Shown in pieces: positions 47,075 through 56,974 of a stretch of DNA of 64,000 bases. The stretch comes from a virus. The notes beneath the pieces are model-generated. The model saw only the letters and a list, made by a program, of their open reading frames with translations, was not told the DNA's origin and did not search any database. The stretch's first letter is position 1. Each line of letters opens with the position of its first letter. Location of the stretch: positions 32,001-96,000 of IMG/VR virus record IMGVR_UViG_3300046002_008717; one strand, 5' to 3'. The translations under genes were made by a program, and so were the position numbers.

Positions 47075-48019
47075 ATGATACAAGAATTATTGACTGAAAA
47101 GCTTAGGCCTAAAATGCTTAAACATATGATCCTTCCTGATAGGATCTCTAAAATATTTGAAAATGGATTAGGACAAAATGTTCTTTTAAGCGGATCTCCT
47201 GGTTGTGGAAAAACCACGTTAGCTAAAATACTAGCTTCTCCTTTTCCTCATTTATTTATAAACGTATCTGATGAGAGCTCTGTTGAAGTAATTAGAACTA
47301 AAATAACTGATTTCTGTTCAACCATATCTGTTATGGATGGATTATCATCCAAAAAAATAGTAATTCTCGATGAGTTTGATGGTGCATCTGATCAATTTTA
47401 TAAAGCTTTAAGAGGGACTATAGAAAAATTTGCAGCTAATAGCAGATTTATAGCAACGTGTAATTATATAAATAAAGTTCCTGAAGCTATACAAAGCAGA
47501 TTTGAGGTAATTGATTTCAATCCAGTTAGTACAGAAGAAGACAATTTATTGAAAGCAGAGTGGGATAAAAGAGTAAAATTAATATTAGGTAAGATTAATA
47601 TAGGCATAGATGATTCTGCTCTTGCTGAGTTTCAAAAAAATTATTATCCCGATTTTAGAGCTGCATTGAATAAGATTCAGTCTTGGATGATAGAGGGAGT
47701 TACTAATATCGATTCGGATAAAGTTAAAGAATTCGGATGGTCATATGAGGATATTTATAATCTCATTATCACCGAAAAGGATCCTATTAAAAATTATCAG
47801 AATATAGTAGGAATGTACCAGGGTAAAGTTGATGACGTTATGTCAGCACTAGGTGAGGAGTTTATAAATTGGCTAATCAACAATAAACCGGAATTAAAAA
47901 ATATAATACCGGGAGTAATTGTATTAGTAGCTGATCACCAAGCTCAAAGAACACAAGTAATTGATCCAATGGTTTCATTATTATCATTGGTATTCCAAAT
48001 CCAAAAATTAATAAACTGA
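47075..48019 (+). CDS. gp44: Clamp loader AAA+ subunit (T4 gp44/RFC-like)
   Basis: EKLRP, GSPGCGKTT, ILDEFD, CNY, IQSRF, PDFR. Confidence 0.92.
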   Translation: MIQELLTEKLRPKMLKHMILPDRISKIFENGLGQNVLLSGSPGCGKTTLAKILASPFPHLFINVSDESSVEVIRTKITDFCSTISVMDGLSSKKIVILDEFDGASDQFYKALRGTIEKFAANSRFIATCNYINKVPEAIQSRFEVIDFNPVSTEEDNLLKAEWDKRVKLILGKINIGIDDSALAEFQKNYYPDFRAALNKIQSWMIEGVTNIDSDKVKEFGWSYEDIYNLIITEKDPIKNYQNIVGMYQGKVDDVMSALGEEFINWLINNKPELKNIIPGVIVLVADHQAQRTQVIDPMVSLLSLVFQIQKLIN

Positions 48020-48573
48020 TGAAACACCCTCAAAAATACAAAAGAATAATATTAGTAGGAAAAGCAGCATCTGGAAAAGATTATGCTAGAGTTGAATTGC
48101 AGGAAAGGGGATTTACCTACTGCAAATCACATACTACTAGACCGCGTAGACATGATGAAATTAACGGGGAGGATTATCATTTTATAAGCTTAGATGCAGC
48201 TATACATCATTATATAATGAAAGATTTATTTTATGAATATGTTATCTTTAATGGTTGGGTATATGGTACATCTCTGGAAGAATTTGATAAATCTAATCTT
48301 TTTATAATGACACCTTCAGGAATATCCAAAATGAAAGAAGAAGACAGAAATGAATCTTTTATAGTTTATTTTAATATTGATTGGGAAGTAAGAAAAAATA
48401 GATTACTTTTAAGAAATGATGTTGACGGTGTTACCAGACGTTTGGATGCGGACGAACTAGATTTTAAAGATTTTGATGATTACGATTATATGGTTACCGA
48501 CGCAATGTATGATCCTACATGGCTTTTTCACGAAATTAAAAATTATTTAATAGAAAAACATTATGTTAATTAG
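48019..48573 (+). CDS. gmk: Guanylate kinase-like protein
   Basis: GKAASGKD, SHTTRPRR..E.NG.DYHF, YGT. Confidence 0.88.
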   Translation: MKHPQKYKRIILVGKAASGKDYARVELQERGFTYCKSHTTRPRRHDEINGEDYHFISLDAAIHHYIMKDLFYEYVIFNGWVYGTSLEEFDKSNLFIMTPSGISKMKEEDRNESFIVYFNIDWEVRKNRLLLRNDVDGVTRRLDADELDFKDFDDYDYMVTDAMYDPTWLFHEIKNYLIEKHYVN

Positions 48574-48706
48574 ATTAATTAGATTGATAGCAGGAATTTT
48601 ATTTATAGCAACTGCACTATTTACATTGCCCATACTCTTGGTAATTTGGGTTATTACCGATATAAATTACACCGAAGAAATAATGGAATGGATCATATCA
48701 GGATAG
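48563..48706 (+). CDS. 47-aa membrane protein (not in the ORF track)
   Basis: ATG at 48563: MLIRLIRLIAGILFIATALFTLPILLVIWVITDINYTEEIMEWIISG*; overlaps both neighbours by a few codons. Confidence 0.6.
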   Translation: MLIRLIRLIAGILFIATALFTLPILLVIWVITDINYTEEIMEWIISG

Positions 48707-48879
48707 ACGAGATAAGCTATTTAGAATTAGGTGATCTGTTATACAGAAAAATCCCATGTCCTGGATGTCAGGGAGGTGGATGTCCAACCTGTATGGGTCA
48801 GGGGTATTGGGGGGAAGAAAAAAATACATTAATTTGGGAAGAATTAAGTATTACTATATATAAAAAAGATAAAATATAA
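48688..48879 (+). CDS. Small zinc-finger protein (CxxCxGxGCxxCxGxG); start probably 48688
   Basis: CPGCQGGGCPTCMGQG, a DnaJ-type Zn motif. Confidence 0.65.
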   Translation: MDHIRIDEISYLELGDLLYRKIPCPGCQGGGCPTCMGQGYWGEEKNTLIWEELSITIYKKDKI

Positions 48880-48887
48880 TAACTCGT

Positions 48888-49265
48888 ATGGATACATTAA
48901 CTAGAGAAGATAGAATTAATATAATAAATATAATTATAAATAAAATAGCTACTACTGGTAGAAATTTTTTTAGTTATAAGGGTGCGATTTCGAAAATTAC
49001 ATATAGGAACGGAAGACTTTATATGTTTAATGAATATACAAAAAAGGACATGTCATTGTCCACTAAATATGGCTATCCCCCTCGTGGATTTTCAGGAGGG
49101 GGTACGCTTTGGGCATTAACTAAGGATTTTAAGGATTTTATTCTAAGCGGAGAAAAATCAAATCATAACCATGGATACGGAGGATTATATTGTACGTATT
49201 GGGGTTATGAAGAAAAAGATATGCTAGAAATACAAAAATTGGCAAAAGAACTTGGGTATTTATAA
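48888..49265 (+). CDS. Hypothetical protein
   Basis: GFSGGGTL..L and WGY motifs; clean ORF. Confidence 0.7.
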   Translation: MDTLTREDRINIINIIINKIATTGRNFFSYKGAISKITYRNGRLYMFNEYTKKDMSLSTKYGYPPRGFSGGGTLWALTKDFKDFILSGEKSNHNHGYGGLYCTYWGYEEKDMLEIQKLAKELGYL

Positions 49266-49280
49266 TATAAAATAAACATT

Positions 49281-50441
49281 ATGATAAATGTAATAGTTGA
49301 TGGGAATTATATTTTCCATAAGACATTTGGCGTTTTTGCTGGATATGATAAAAATATAGATCCAGGTAAAATACTAAAAAATAAATCGGATCAATCTTCT
49401 TTTATTAGAAAAGTATCTACCGATTTATGTGCTGCTCTAAAATTAATACCATATGATGGAAAATTAGTATTTGTAACTGATAGTAGAAGCTGGAGAAAGG
49501 ATATAGAAATAGAAAACGGTGGTTACAAATCGGGAAGAATCAAAGACGAAACCGTAGATTGGACTATTTTCTTTGAGCTATTAACTGCATTTGGTGATCA
49601 ATTGGAAAAAATGGGATTTATATTCTCTAAAGTAGAAGGAGCTGAAGGTGATGATTTATTACTCTATTGGTCAGATTATTTTAAGGCAAGAGGGGAGAAT
49701 TCTTTAATATTAACTGGTGATCATGATATGTACCAGCTAGCAAGGATGAGCGACGATTCGTGGATTGTTGTATGGAATAATAATTCAAAAAAGAATATTA
49801 TTGCTGTTCCCATGGGATGGAAAGATGAGTGGTTAGAAAAATCAGAAATAGTTGAAACTATTGATATATTTAATATGGGATCATCTATTTTATCTGATAG
49901 GTCTCAATTTAGAGAATTTCTAAAAAATATCAAAATCGACGAGATTGATGACAGAGCTTTTATATTTAATAAAATACTAATAGGTGACGATGGCGATACC
50001 GTTCCTAGCGTATGGGAATATAAAACGAATATTGGGCTAGAAAATGAAAAACTTATTAGATTTACCCCAAAAAAAGCGGAAACCGTTTATAATGCATTTT
50101 TATTATCTGAATGGAAAAATTTAGAATTTGCAGAACTTATGGATGATAAAGAATTTCTAAATTGGGCTGCTGGATTAATATTAAGAATTAGTAAGGATGT
50201 TGCCAATAGTAATAATATAGTAAAAGTAAAAGTAAATATAGTCAGAAATTTCATTTTAATGTGGCTTGACCAGTATGTAATCCCTAATTTTGTTGCTGAT
50301 TCCATAGTGAATGAAATAAATAGAGCTGATGCGCTAGAGGTAAAACCCGTAATAATCGATAGAATGAAGTTATTAAAAGGAACTGATTGGGTAACTGAAG
50401 ATTACCAGCCTCGACAATTTAACCCATTTACATTTTTATAA
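49281..50441 (+). CDS. 5'-3' exonuclease / T4 RNase H-like flap nuclease
   Basis: IVDGN, D..SWRK, YK..R, EGDD, TGDHDMYQL, GDDGD.VP. Confidence 0.88.
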   Translation: MINVIVDGNYIFHKTFGVFAGYDKNIDPGKILKNKSDQSSFIRKVSTDLCAALKLIPYDGKLVFVTDSRSWRKDIEIENGGYKSGRIKDETVDWTIFFELLTAFGDQLEKMGFIFSKVEGAEGDDLLLYWSDYFKARGENSLILTGDHDMYQLARMSDDSWIVVWNNNSKKNIIAVPMGWKDEWLEKSEIVETIDIFNMGSSILSDRSQFREFLKNIKIDEIDDRAFIFNKILIGDDGDTVPSVWEYKTNIGLENEKLIRFTPKKAETVYNAFLLSEWKNLEFAELMDDKEFLNWAAGLILRISKDVANSNNIVKVKVNIVRNFILMWLDQYVIPNFVADSIVNEINRADALEVKPVIIDRMKLLKGTDWVTEDYQPRQFNPFTFL

Positions 50442-50443
50442 AT

Positions 50444-50869
50444 ATGGAATTATTTGATATAGTTAAAAATATATTTTCTAAGAATAATTCCAAATGGGAT
50501 TCTATAGGAAAAATTGATAAATCTAGAAATTTCTTCATGATTAATAGGATAATGAGTATTCAATATCCATTGCAGGCAAATCAATTTAATAAACTTAAAA
50601 TAACACCGGTGTATGTTGTAGATTGGTGGAGAAATACCCTGGCTAGCAGATATTCAAAAACGCCTAATTGGATATACACACTAACTAAGAAAAAAGAAGC
50701 TGCAGCCAATAAGAAAACAAAGGTGGTAGATCTTTCCGCTACCGAAAAATTTATTAGAGAAAAATTTAAAATATCATCCAGGGATCTAATGCAGATTAAA
50801 AAATTCTATCCTGAAAAATATAATGCATGGGTATTAGATATATCTGATCAAATAGGATTAAAAGAATAG
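50444..50869 (+). CDS. Clamp loader small subunit (T4 gp62-like)
   Basis: LFDIV..I, FMINRIMS.....ANQFN. Confidence 0.55.
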   Translation: MELFDIVKNIFSKNNSKWDSIGKIDKSRNFFMINRIMSIQYPLQANQFNKLKITPVYVVDWWRNTLASRYSKTPNWIYTLTKKKEAAANKKTKVVDLSATEKFIREKFKISSRDLMQIKKFYPEKYNAWVLDISDQIGLKE

Positions 50870-50876
50870 TACTAAT

Positions 50877-50884
50877 GATATATA
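50877..50884 (+). promoter_or_regulatory. Putative late promoter GATATATA
   Basis: Recurrent motif. Confidence 0.55.
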
Positions 50885-50899
50885 TGGAAAATAGAAAAA

Positions 50900-51409
50900 A
50901 TGACAGATCTAATAATAAAAAAAGTAATAGATACTTTATCATGGGATACTATTTATGAGGTCAATAAATGCTTCAAACACGGAATAGGCGAGGGTACAAG
51001 CGCTATCCCTGGATTAAAAAAGAAAGTATTCTCTGATAAGCTAACAAAGAATGATATTAGGAATGAATTAAGATCTATCCTTAAGTACGTAATTTCTAAT
51101 AATGTTCCTGAATTTGTATATGGCAACTGGATGATATTTTGGAATGATGATATCAGGGATATTTATAATGAGGAAGATATGGAGAGTCTGGATATACCAA
51201 TTTCTGGATTATCAGGTGGTCCTTCAATAGAAGTTATATATACTCCGCAGAGAATATATATGGGAAATATAAAAATAATTGGTGGTAAATTACCAGAAAG
51301 CGATGATAACATAGAACTTAATAGAATGCTAAAAAATGCGGAAGATAACGAACAGTACGAATTGGCATCTAAGATAAGAGACGTTATTAAATTGCAGGAT
51401 ACAAAATAA
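50900..51409 (+). CDS. Hypothetical protein with a C-terminal UVR (UvrB/C) coiled-coil motif
   Basis: L..AEDNEQYELASKIRDVI. Confidence 0.7.
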   Translation: MTDLIIKKVIDTLSWDTIYEVNKCFKHGIGEGTSAIPGLKKKVFSDKLTKNDIRNELRSILKYVISNNVPEFVYGNWMIFWNDDIRDIYNEEDMESLDIPISGLSGGPSIEVIYTPQRIYMGNIKIIGGKLPESDDNIELNRMLKNAEDNEQYELASKIRDVIKLQDTK

Positions 51410-51418
51410 TAATATAAA

Positions 51419-51898
51419 ATGAAGCATATAAAAAACATAAATGAATATTTTGATATTGGAGTATTTGGTGATACCTATGGATATGGTGGAGCTAATGGTG
51501 TGCTAAGAGTGAAATATAAACCATATGATGATTTATCTGTTACAGTTGGTCCTGATCCTTCTATAGAAAAAACTACAAAAGGCGCTGAATATAAATTGGG
51601 TGATGTCGTTAAAGGACAACCTATAGATTCTAAGAAAAAAGTTACCGGTGTTATAGTTAGAGCTTTTAAAAATCCTGACAATCAACAATTTCGATATTTT
51701 ATACAAATTTATACAAAAGGTGAAAGAACAAAGGCTGTGATAGAAATAAAATCTAATGATATAGAATTTGCTGATGGAGGTAATCACGGTAATGTTGATA
51801 TGTCATCCAAAGAAAAAGGCGCAGATATACCTGCAGGCGTATTTAATTCTAAAACCGTATATACATCATCACAATTGGGATTAGAAGCTACCGCATAA
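51419..51898 (+). CDS. Hypothetical protein, possible head-internal protein with an SH3-like domain
   Basis: N-terminal MKHIKNINEY; YKLGDVV.G......VTGVI. Confidence 0.6.
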   Translation: MKHIKNINEYFDIGVFGDTYGYGGANGVLRVKYKPYDDLSVTVGPDPSIEKTTKGAEYKLGDVVKGQPIDSKKKVTGVIVRAFKNPDNQQFRYFIQIYTKGERTKAVIEIKSNDIEFADGGNHGNVDMSSKEKGADIPAGVFNSKTVYTSSQLGLEATA

Positions 51899-51904
51899 TA
51901 AAAA

Positions 51905-51932
51905 GAAACAATTGCAATAAATTCTGTATAAT
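51905..51932 (+). promoter_or_regulatory. Putative ECF-type promoter GAAAC-N16-GTATAAT
   Basis: Recurrent bipartite motif. Confidence 0.65.
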
Positions 51933-51944
51933 AATAAAATTATA

Positions 51945-52847
51945 ATGTTATTAGGACAAAATAGATCAAATATTTCTTATTTAGGATTACCAAAAAAGAT
52001 GTCATCATGTGGGAATAAAATATCCTCATATAATGACCTTTTTTCTGCTCTTTTGTCTGCATGTATAATAAATTCCGAAATATTATCTAAAATAGTATGT
52101 CTAGATGTTTCCGAGTTCGTATTCCTTCCCAGTTTTTTTGATAGCGTAATGGAGGAGGAAGATATAGAATTGTCCGATAAAATAGATAAGATAAATACGA
52201 TTATAAATAAGCATTCCATGAGAATATTTATTTATGTAGGGAAAGATTATTTTTTAGGAACCCAAATCGAGGATGTAAAAATAAAAACTATAGCATTATT
52301 AGATTCTCTTTCTATCTTACTTGATTCACTCGGAATTGATTATCCATCATTAATAGTTAGAATTGGTTCAGCTTATGGTAATAGGAAAAAAACGATGAAA
52401 ACTTTTTGTTCTCGACTTCCGCTGCTAAATAAAAATACGGTTAAAAAGCTTACCGTTACTAATGATGATAAACCAAGTCTTTTTTCTATAACAGATTTAT
52501 TATCAGGAATATATTATGAATGCAGCATACCTTTATGTTTCCGATTATTGCCACATCATTTTAATAACGGAGGACTTACTATAAGGGAAGCATTATTTTT
52601 AGCATGCTCGACCTGGGATATTAAGGATAAGCCAATTTTCTTTCATTCAGAATCTTTTGAAATAGATGAATATGGAATATCATTAAGCCCTGTTAATGCT
52701 GATTTATTAACTAGAAGAATACCTACGTTTGGGCTAGATTGCGATGTTATAATAGATTCACAGTTAAAAGAAATAGCATATATGCATTATATAAAAAACC
52801 ATAGAGGATTTTTACCGATGGTTATAAATAAAAAAATAAAAAAATAA
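51945..52847 (+). CDS. UV-damage endonuclease (UvsE/UvdE)-like protein with a degenerate active site
   Basis: L.V.NDDK, IPL.F..HH..N.GGL, AL.LA..TW, P...HSES, DV.I....KE.A. Confidence 0.7.
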   Translation: MLLGQNRSNISYLGLPKKMSSCGNKISSYNDLFSALLSACIINSEILSKIVCLDVSEFVFLPSFFDSVMEEEDIELSDKIDKINTIINKHSMRIFIYVGKDYFLGTQIEDVKIKTIALLDSLSILLDSLGIDYPSLIVRIGSAYGNRKKTMKTFCSRLPLLNKNTVKKLTVTNDDKPSLFSITDLLSGIYYECSIPLCFRLLPHHFNNGGLTIREALFLACSTWDIKDKPIFFHSESFEIDEYGISLSPVNADLLTRRIPTFGLDCDVIIDSQLKEIAYMHYIKNHRGFLPMVINKKIKK

Positions 52848-52863
52848 TTTAATAACTATACTT

Positions 52864-53565
52864 ATGTTTAAATTGGATGCAATCAAAAAAGTTTTATATC
52901 TTGATATAGAAACTGCATGTATAGAGAGGGATTTGGATAAATTATGGATATCTAATCCAAGATTGGCGCAATTATGGGAAAAAAGAGCTGATCACTATAG
53001 AGCGATAGATCCCAAATTAGATATATGTACCAGCAGTGAAATATTTCTAAAAAAAGCAGCATTGGAGGCAGAATTTTCTAGGATAGTATGCATATCATTT
53101 GGATCGTTTGATGATGACGGAAAAAAAGTATTTAAATCATTCTTTGGAGATAATGAAACTGATATACTCAATGTAGCAAACAAGGTTATAAATAACGCTA
53201 TGGCAAAAAATTGGAAGTTATGCGGACATAATATAAAGGGATTTGATATACCATGTTTAGGCAAGAGAATGCTATATAATGGTATAAATCCATCAAATAA
53301 TATCCAAATGATAGATAAAAAGCCATGGGAGGTTCCATTTATAGATACGTGCGAATTATTATCATTTGGCAGTTGGTCTCAAAATAGAAACATAACATTA
53401 GATCTATTAACATGTTCATTAGGTATACAATCGCCAAAAGAAAATATGGAGGGTTCTCAGGTTAATCTAGTATATTGGGATGATCACGCTTATCGTGAAA
53501 TAGCAGATTATTGTGAAAATGATGTAAATGCAGTTATGTGTATAATGGAAAAACTCTGTTTCTAG
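52864..53565 (+). CDS. PolB-like DEDDy 3'-5' exonuclease
   Basis: LDIET, GHNIKGFDIP, DT, YCENDV. Confidence 0.9.
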   Translation: MFKLDAIKKVLYLDIETACIERDLDKLWISNPRLAQLWEKRADHYRAIDPKLDICTSSEIFLKKAALEAEFSRIVCISFGSFDDDGKKVFKSFFGDNETDILNVANKVINNAMAKNWKLCGHNIKGFDIPCLGKRMLYNGINPSNNIQMIDKKPWEVPFIDTCELLSFGSWSQNRNITLDLLTCSLGIQSPKENMEGSQVNLVYWDDHAYREIADYCENDVNAVMCIMEKLCF

Positions 53566-53585
53566 AAAAAAAAACAAAAATACAT

Positions 53586-53622
53586 AAAAGCTTTCTTCGA
53601 TATATAGAAGAAAGCTTTTTTT
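53586..53622 (+). terminator. Terminator-like hairpin whose 8-nt loop is the GATATATA late-promoter motif
   Basis: AAAAGCTTTCTTC-GATATATA-GAAGAAAGCTTTT-TTT, immediately followed by ATG. Confidence 0.8.
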
Positions 53623-54429
53623 ATGCGCAATATATTAGGATTTGCTATATTTTCCGATGAATATCTAAACGAAAAACAAATCAATAGTTTTTATCACGAT
53701 GAACTTTGTCCTATTTTTTGGAAAGCCAAAAAAAATTCGGATGGGAATACTACATGGGTATTTGATCAAAGAATAAGAAAAAAATTAATAAGAGTAGCCA
53801 ATGATTTCTTTTCCAATTTTAGTGAGATCATAGGAAATAGAAAAATAAAGGATATTCAACTTACTGGCTCGCTTTCCAATTTTAACTATACTGATTTTTC
53901 TGATCTTGATATACACGTTATGATTGATCTTAGTGGAATAGATGATGATAATAAGAAAGTTCTGGTATCTGCAATAAACGGAATAAGATTTATATGGAAC
54001 AAGAGACATGATATATCGATAAGAGGATATGATGCAGAATTATATCTGCAGGATATAAAAGAAGAACATGTTGCATCTGGTTTATTTTCTTTGATGAATA
54101 ACGAATGGATAAAAAAACCTATATTCAATCCGCCGGAGATAGATGATAGAGATATAGATCTTAAATATAACTTATTATCAAAGGATATAGAAATATTACA
54201 TGATCGATTAAATATATCGGGATTAACTGCAGCTAATGCTAAAATGCTTTATGCCCGATGTATTAAACTAAAATCTAAAATTCATAAGATGAGAAAGGAA
54301 GGTCTATCCGAGGGCGGTGAAATGTCTATAGGAAACCTCGTATTTAAAAAGCTTAGAAATGAGGGATATATAGAGAAACTAATAGATATTATATCTAAAT
54401 CCTACGATAAAATTTATACAGAAAAATGA
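53623..54429 (+). CDS. Pol-beta superfamily nucleotidyltransferase
   Basis: LTGSL.NFNY...SDLDIH, ELY.QD. Confidence 0.82.
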   Translation: MRNILGFAIFSDEYLNEKQINSFYHDELCPIFWKAKKNSDGNTTWVFDQRIRKKLIRVANDFFSNFSEIIGNRKIKDIQLTGSLSNFNYTDFSDLDIHVMIDLSGIDDDNKKVLVSAINGIRFIWNKRHDISIRGYDAELYLQDIKEEHVASGLFSLMNNEWIKKPIFNPPEIDDRDIDLKYNLLSKDIEILHDRLNISGLTAANAKMLYARCIKLKSKIHKMRKEGLSEGGEMSIGNLVFKKLRNEGYIEKLIDIISKSYDKIYTEK

Positions 54430-56915
54430 TTATATTATTACCGATTAAAGGGAAATACAATAGGAATGATAAATTCCCATTTATTACTATCCCGATGGAT
54501 ATGCCAAATGCGGAAGAAAAAACATTTGATGATTTTCAATGGTGGGCATATTCTAAAGATTTTGCTAAATGGAGAGCACAGAATCCAAGATCTTGGGTAG
54601 CAGATTCTGAGAATAATGATATTAAATATGCTGATTATTCATTTATACCGGAAAATTCCGTATATAATATTTCATCTAATTACGCAGCAATAGATAAAGA
54701 TGCTTTAATGTCATATAATAATTTTGGAAAGGATCTATCCGTTTATGAATATGACGATTCAGAGAAAAGTGAGGATGATAAGAAATTCTTAAAATTCCAT
54801 TTTGCGTATAATAAATTAATAAGCGATGGGAAATTAGATAAAAGTATAGCTGTATCATCTATATCAACTAAATCGGACAAAGCTTTATTTTTATTAATGA
54901 AGGATGATAAAGGAGAAAATTCTTTGCCCACTTTAAAAGCATATAGAATAAAACAATTTGGTGCATCCTCTGATAAGATAAAATTAGTAAATGTTACAGA
55001 AATGCTACCTGGTGGATCCATGAATAAATACGATACTACCGCTAAATTACTGAAAAAGATTTCTGACGATGCTATTAAAATAGCTACCGGAATAGGGGTT
55101 GTTGGTATAGGATGGGGATTACTTAAGTTTAGTGCTAGAACGATCAGAGGTTTATTTTTATTGCGTTCGATTAGAGGTTTACCTACTACGACTGTTACAA
55201 ATACGCCCGGACTTATGTCCAGATTGGCAACCAAATCTATGCCAACAGTAAAAACTATATTTGGACAAATCCCTGACATGGTTAAATTTAAAAATACCAG
55301 AAATGCAATAAAGTATGGTTATGGGTTTGGTAAAATGGCTGCAGACGCAGGTGGTGGAGCAGCATCTATTGCAAAATGGACAGCAAAAGGATTTTTGAGT
55401 GGGGCAAAAGCTACAGGTCTTAGAGGAGGTGCAAGGCTTATACCGTTTGTGGGTGAAATATTAATGGGCGCTGAAGTTATAGGTTCAATATTTAATTGGC
55501 AGTCTGATAATCAAGCTCCGACATTTAGAGAAGTTGATAATATAGGACATGAAGAATTTAATCCAAAAGCTCTAAAAGTCGGAGATAGTATAACTATCTG
55601 TTGGGCTCAACCAGCAGGAACTGGCGTAGGAATAGCTACATCTTTTGTATATAGTAATGACACTAGAACAACTGCAGAATTAGTTAAAATCGGGGATAAT
55701 GGAAGCGAAACTATATTCATATTAACACAAGTAAATTCCAAAGAATATCAGGAAGCTTTATCTAAACATGCACTTACACTAATATCAATAAATAATACGG
55801 AAGTTATCAATAAGCAATCCGGTGGATTTATGAATATAAGTAATGCCGTACGACGAGTGGTTGATAACGAAGATATTGATTTTAAGATATCCTATGTTGA
55901 TAGTATTTCAAAATTAGCAATGCCATATGTATATATGGGATCTTGTGATTGGTCCTTGCTATTAGACTATTATAATGATGCATCTGATCAATATATAACA
56001 ACTGATGAAAATGCACCTGATAATTATGATTTTTATTATAAGAATGAGAATGACAATTATATAAACGTATCCGGTAGATTGGTTACTAATGATGAATTAA
56101 AGAATAAAAGCGATAGCGATATTAATGATTTATTCTTTCCAAAAGAGAAAGATAAAAATGAATCTATAATAACTGATTTTTCTTCTTTTAGCGTTATTAA
56201 TGAGGGTGGGGATGAAGGTTCTTCTCCAGTTACGCTAACCCATAAAGAATTATCAGGACCAGCTAAAATTGCTATTTATAGATTAACTAAAAGTGAATAT
56301 GCAGATCCTTCCAAGAATGAATATCAACCTACCAAATTTAAAAATTTTATGATAGATCCAGCTGATTATAATGCTAGTGATAACGAATCTATAATGGTTG
56401 AAATTAATTATACAGGAGAAGTAATAAATGATCCTAAAAGGGGGATTTATAAATTTTCTAAAGATAACAAGGATAAAGAAGATGAAACCGATAAACACAC
56501 TTCTCCCGATGACGATAGCGAAGATAATAATGGTGAAAATGATAAGGAGGATACCCTTGATAACGGTACAATAACCGATGATTACTATGTTAGTGCTAAA
56601 CCTGAAGATATAAAAATAATAAAGCGTAAAGGAGCCACAGTGATAATAGATAAAAATAAGGATGATGGCTTTGATCTAGCTGGTAAATTTTTATCAGAAA
56701 AAGAAAAAGAAATATTAGGTATAGATTCTTGGGATTCTATAACATTAGCTAAAGGATATCTTGATAATAAAGGTAATATGATAGAAATCAAGCTTAAAAA
56801 TAAATACGGAACTTCAGGTAACAGGGTTAAAAAATATAAAATAACTGATGGTGAAGCATTTGATATTGCCAAAAAATTTGTGGATACGGTTGAATCTAGA
56901 ATAAAATATGAATAA
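54426..56915 (+). CDS. Large hypothetical protein with Gly/Ala-rich hydrophobic segments (possible ejected or membrane-inserting virion protein)
   Basis: IATGIGVVGIGWGLL, RLIPFVGEILMGAEV; internal INEG site. Confidence 0.55.
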   Translation: MIILLPIKGKYNRNDKFPFITIPMDMPNAEEKTFDDFQWWAYSKDFAKWRAQNPRSWVADSENNDIKYADYSFIPENSVYNISSNYAAIDKDALMSYNNFGKDLSVYEYDDSEKSEDDKKFLKFHFAYNKLISDGKLDKSIAVSSISTKSDKALFLLMKDDKGENSLPTLKAYRIKQFGASSDKIKLVNVTEMLPGGSMNKYDTTAKLLKKISDDAIKIATGIGVVGIGWGLLKFSARTIRGLFLLRSIRGLPTTTVTNTPGLMSRLATKSMPTVKTIFGQIPDMVKFKNTRNAIKYGYGFGKMAADAGGGAASIAKWTAKGFLSGAKATGLRGGARLIPFVGEILMGAEVIGSIFNWQSDNQAPTFREVDNIGHEEFNPKALKVGDSITICWAQPAGTGVGIATSFVYSNDTRTTAELVKIGDNGSETIFILTQVNSKEYQEALSKHALTLISINNTEVINKQSGGFMNISNAVRRVVDNEDIDFKISYVDSISKLAMPYVYMGSCDWSLLLDYYNDASDQYITTDENAPDNYDFYYKNENDNYINVSGRLVTNDELKNKSDSDINDLFFPKEKDKNESIITDFSSFSVINEGGDEGSSPVTLTHKELSGPAKIAIYRLTKSEYADPSKNEYQPTKFKNFMIDPADYNASDNESIMVEINYTGEVINDPKRGIYKFSKDNKDKEDETDKHTSPDDDSEDNNGENDKEDTLDNGTITDDYYVSAKPEDIKIIKRKGATVIIDKNKDDGFDLAGKFLSEKEKEILGIDSWDSITLAKGYLDNKGNMIEIKLKNKYGTSGNRVKKYKITDGEAFDIAKKFVDTVESRIKYE

Positions 56916-56952
56916 ATATAATAAAAGTCAAAAAAATTCATATATCGTTAGT

Positions 56953-56960
56953 GATATATA
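56953..56960 (+). promoter_or_regulatory. Putative late promoter GATATATA (protease-MCP operon)
   Basis: Recurrent motif, within the inverted repeat ATATATC-N6-GATATAT. Confidence 0.65.
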
Positions 56961-56974
56961 GATAATATAAAAAT

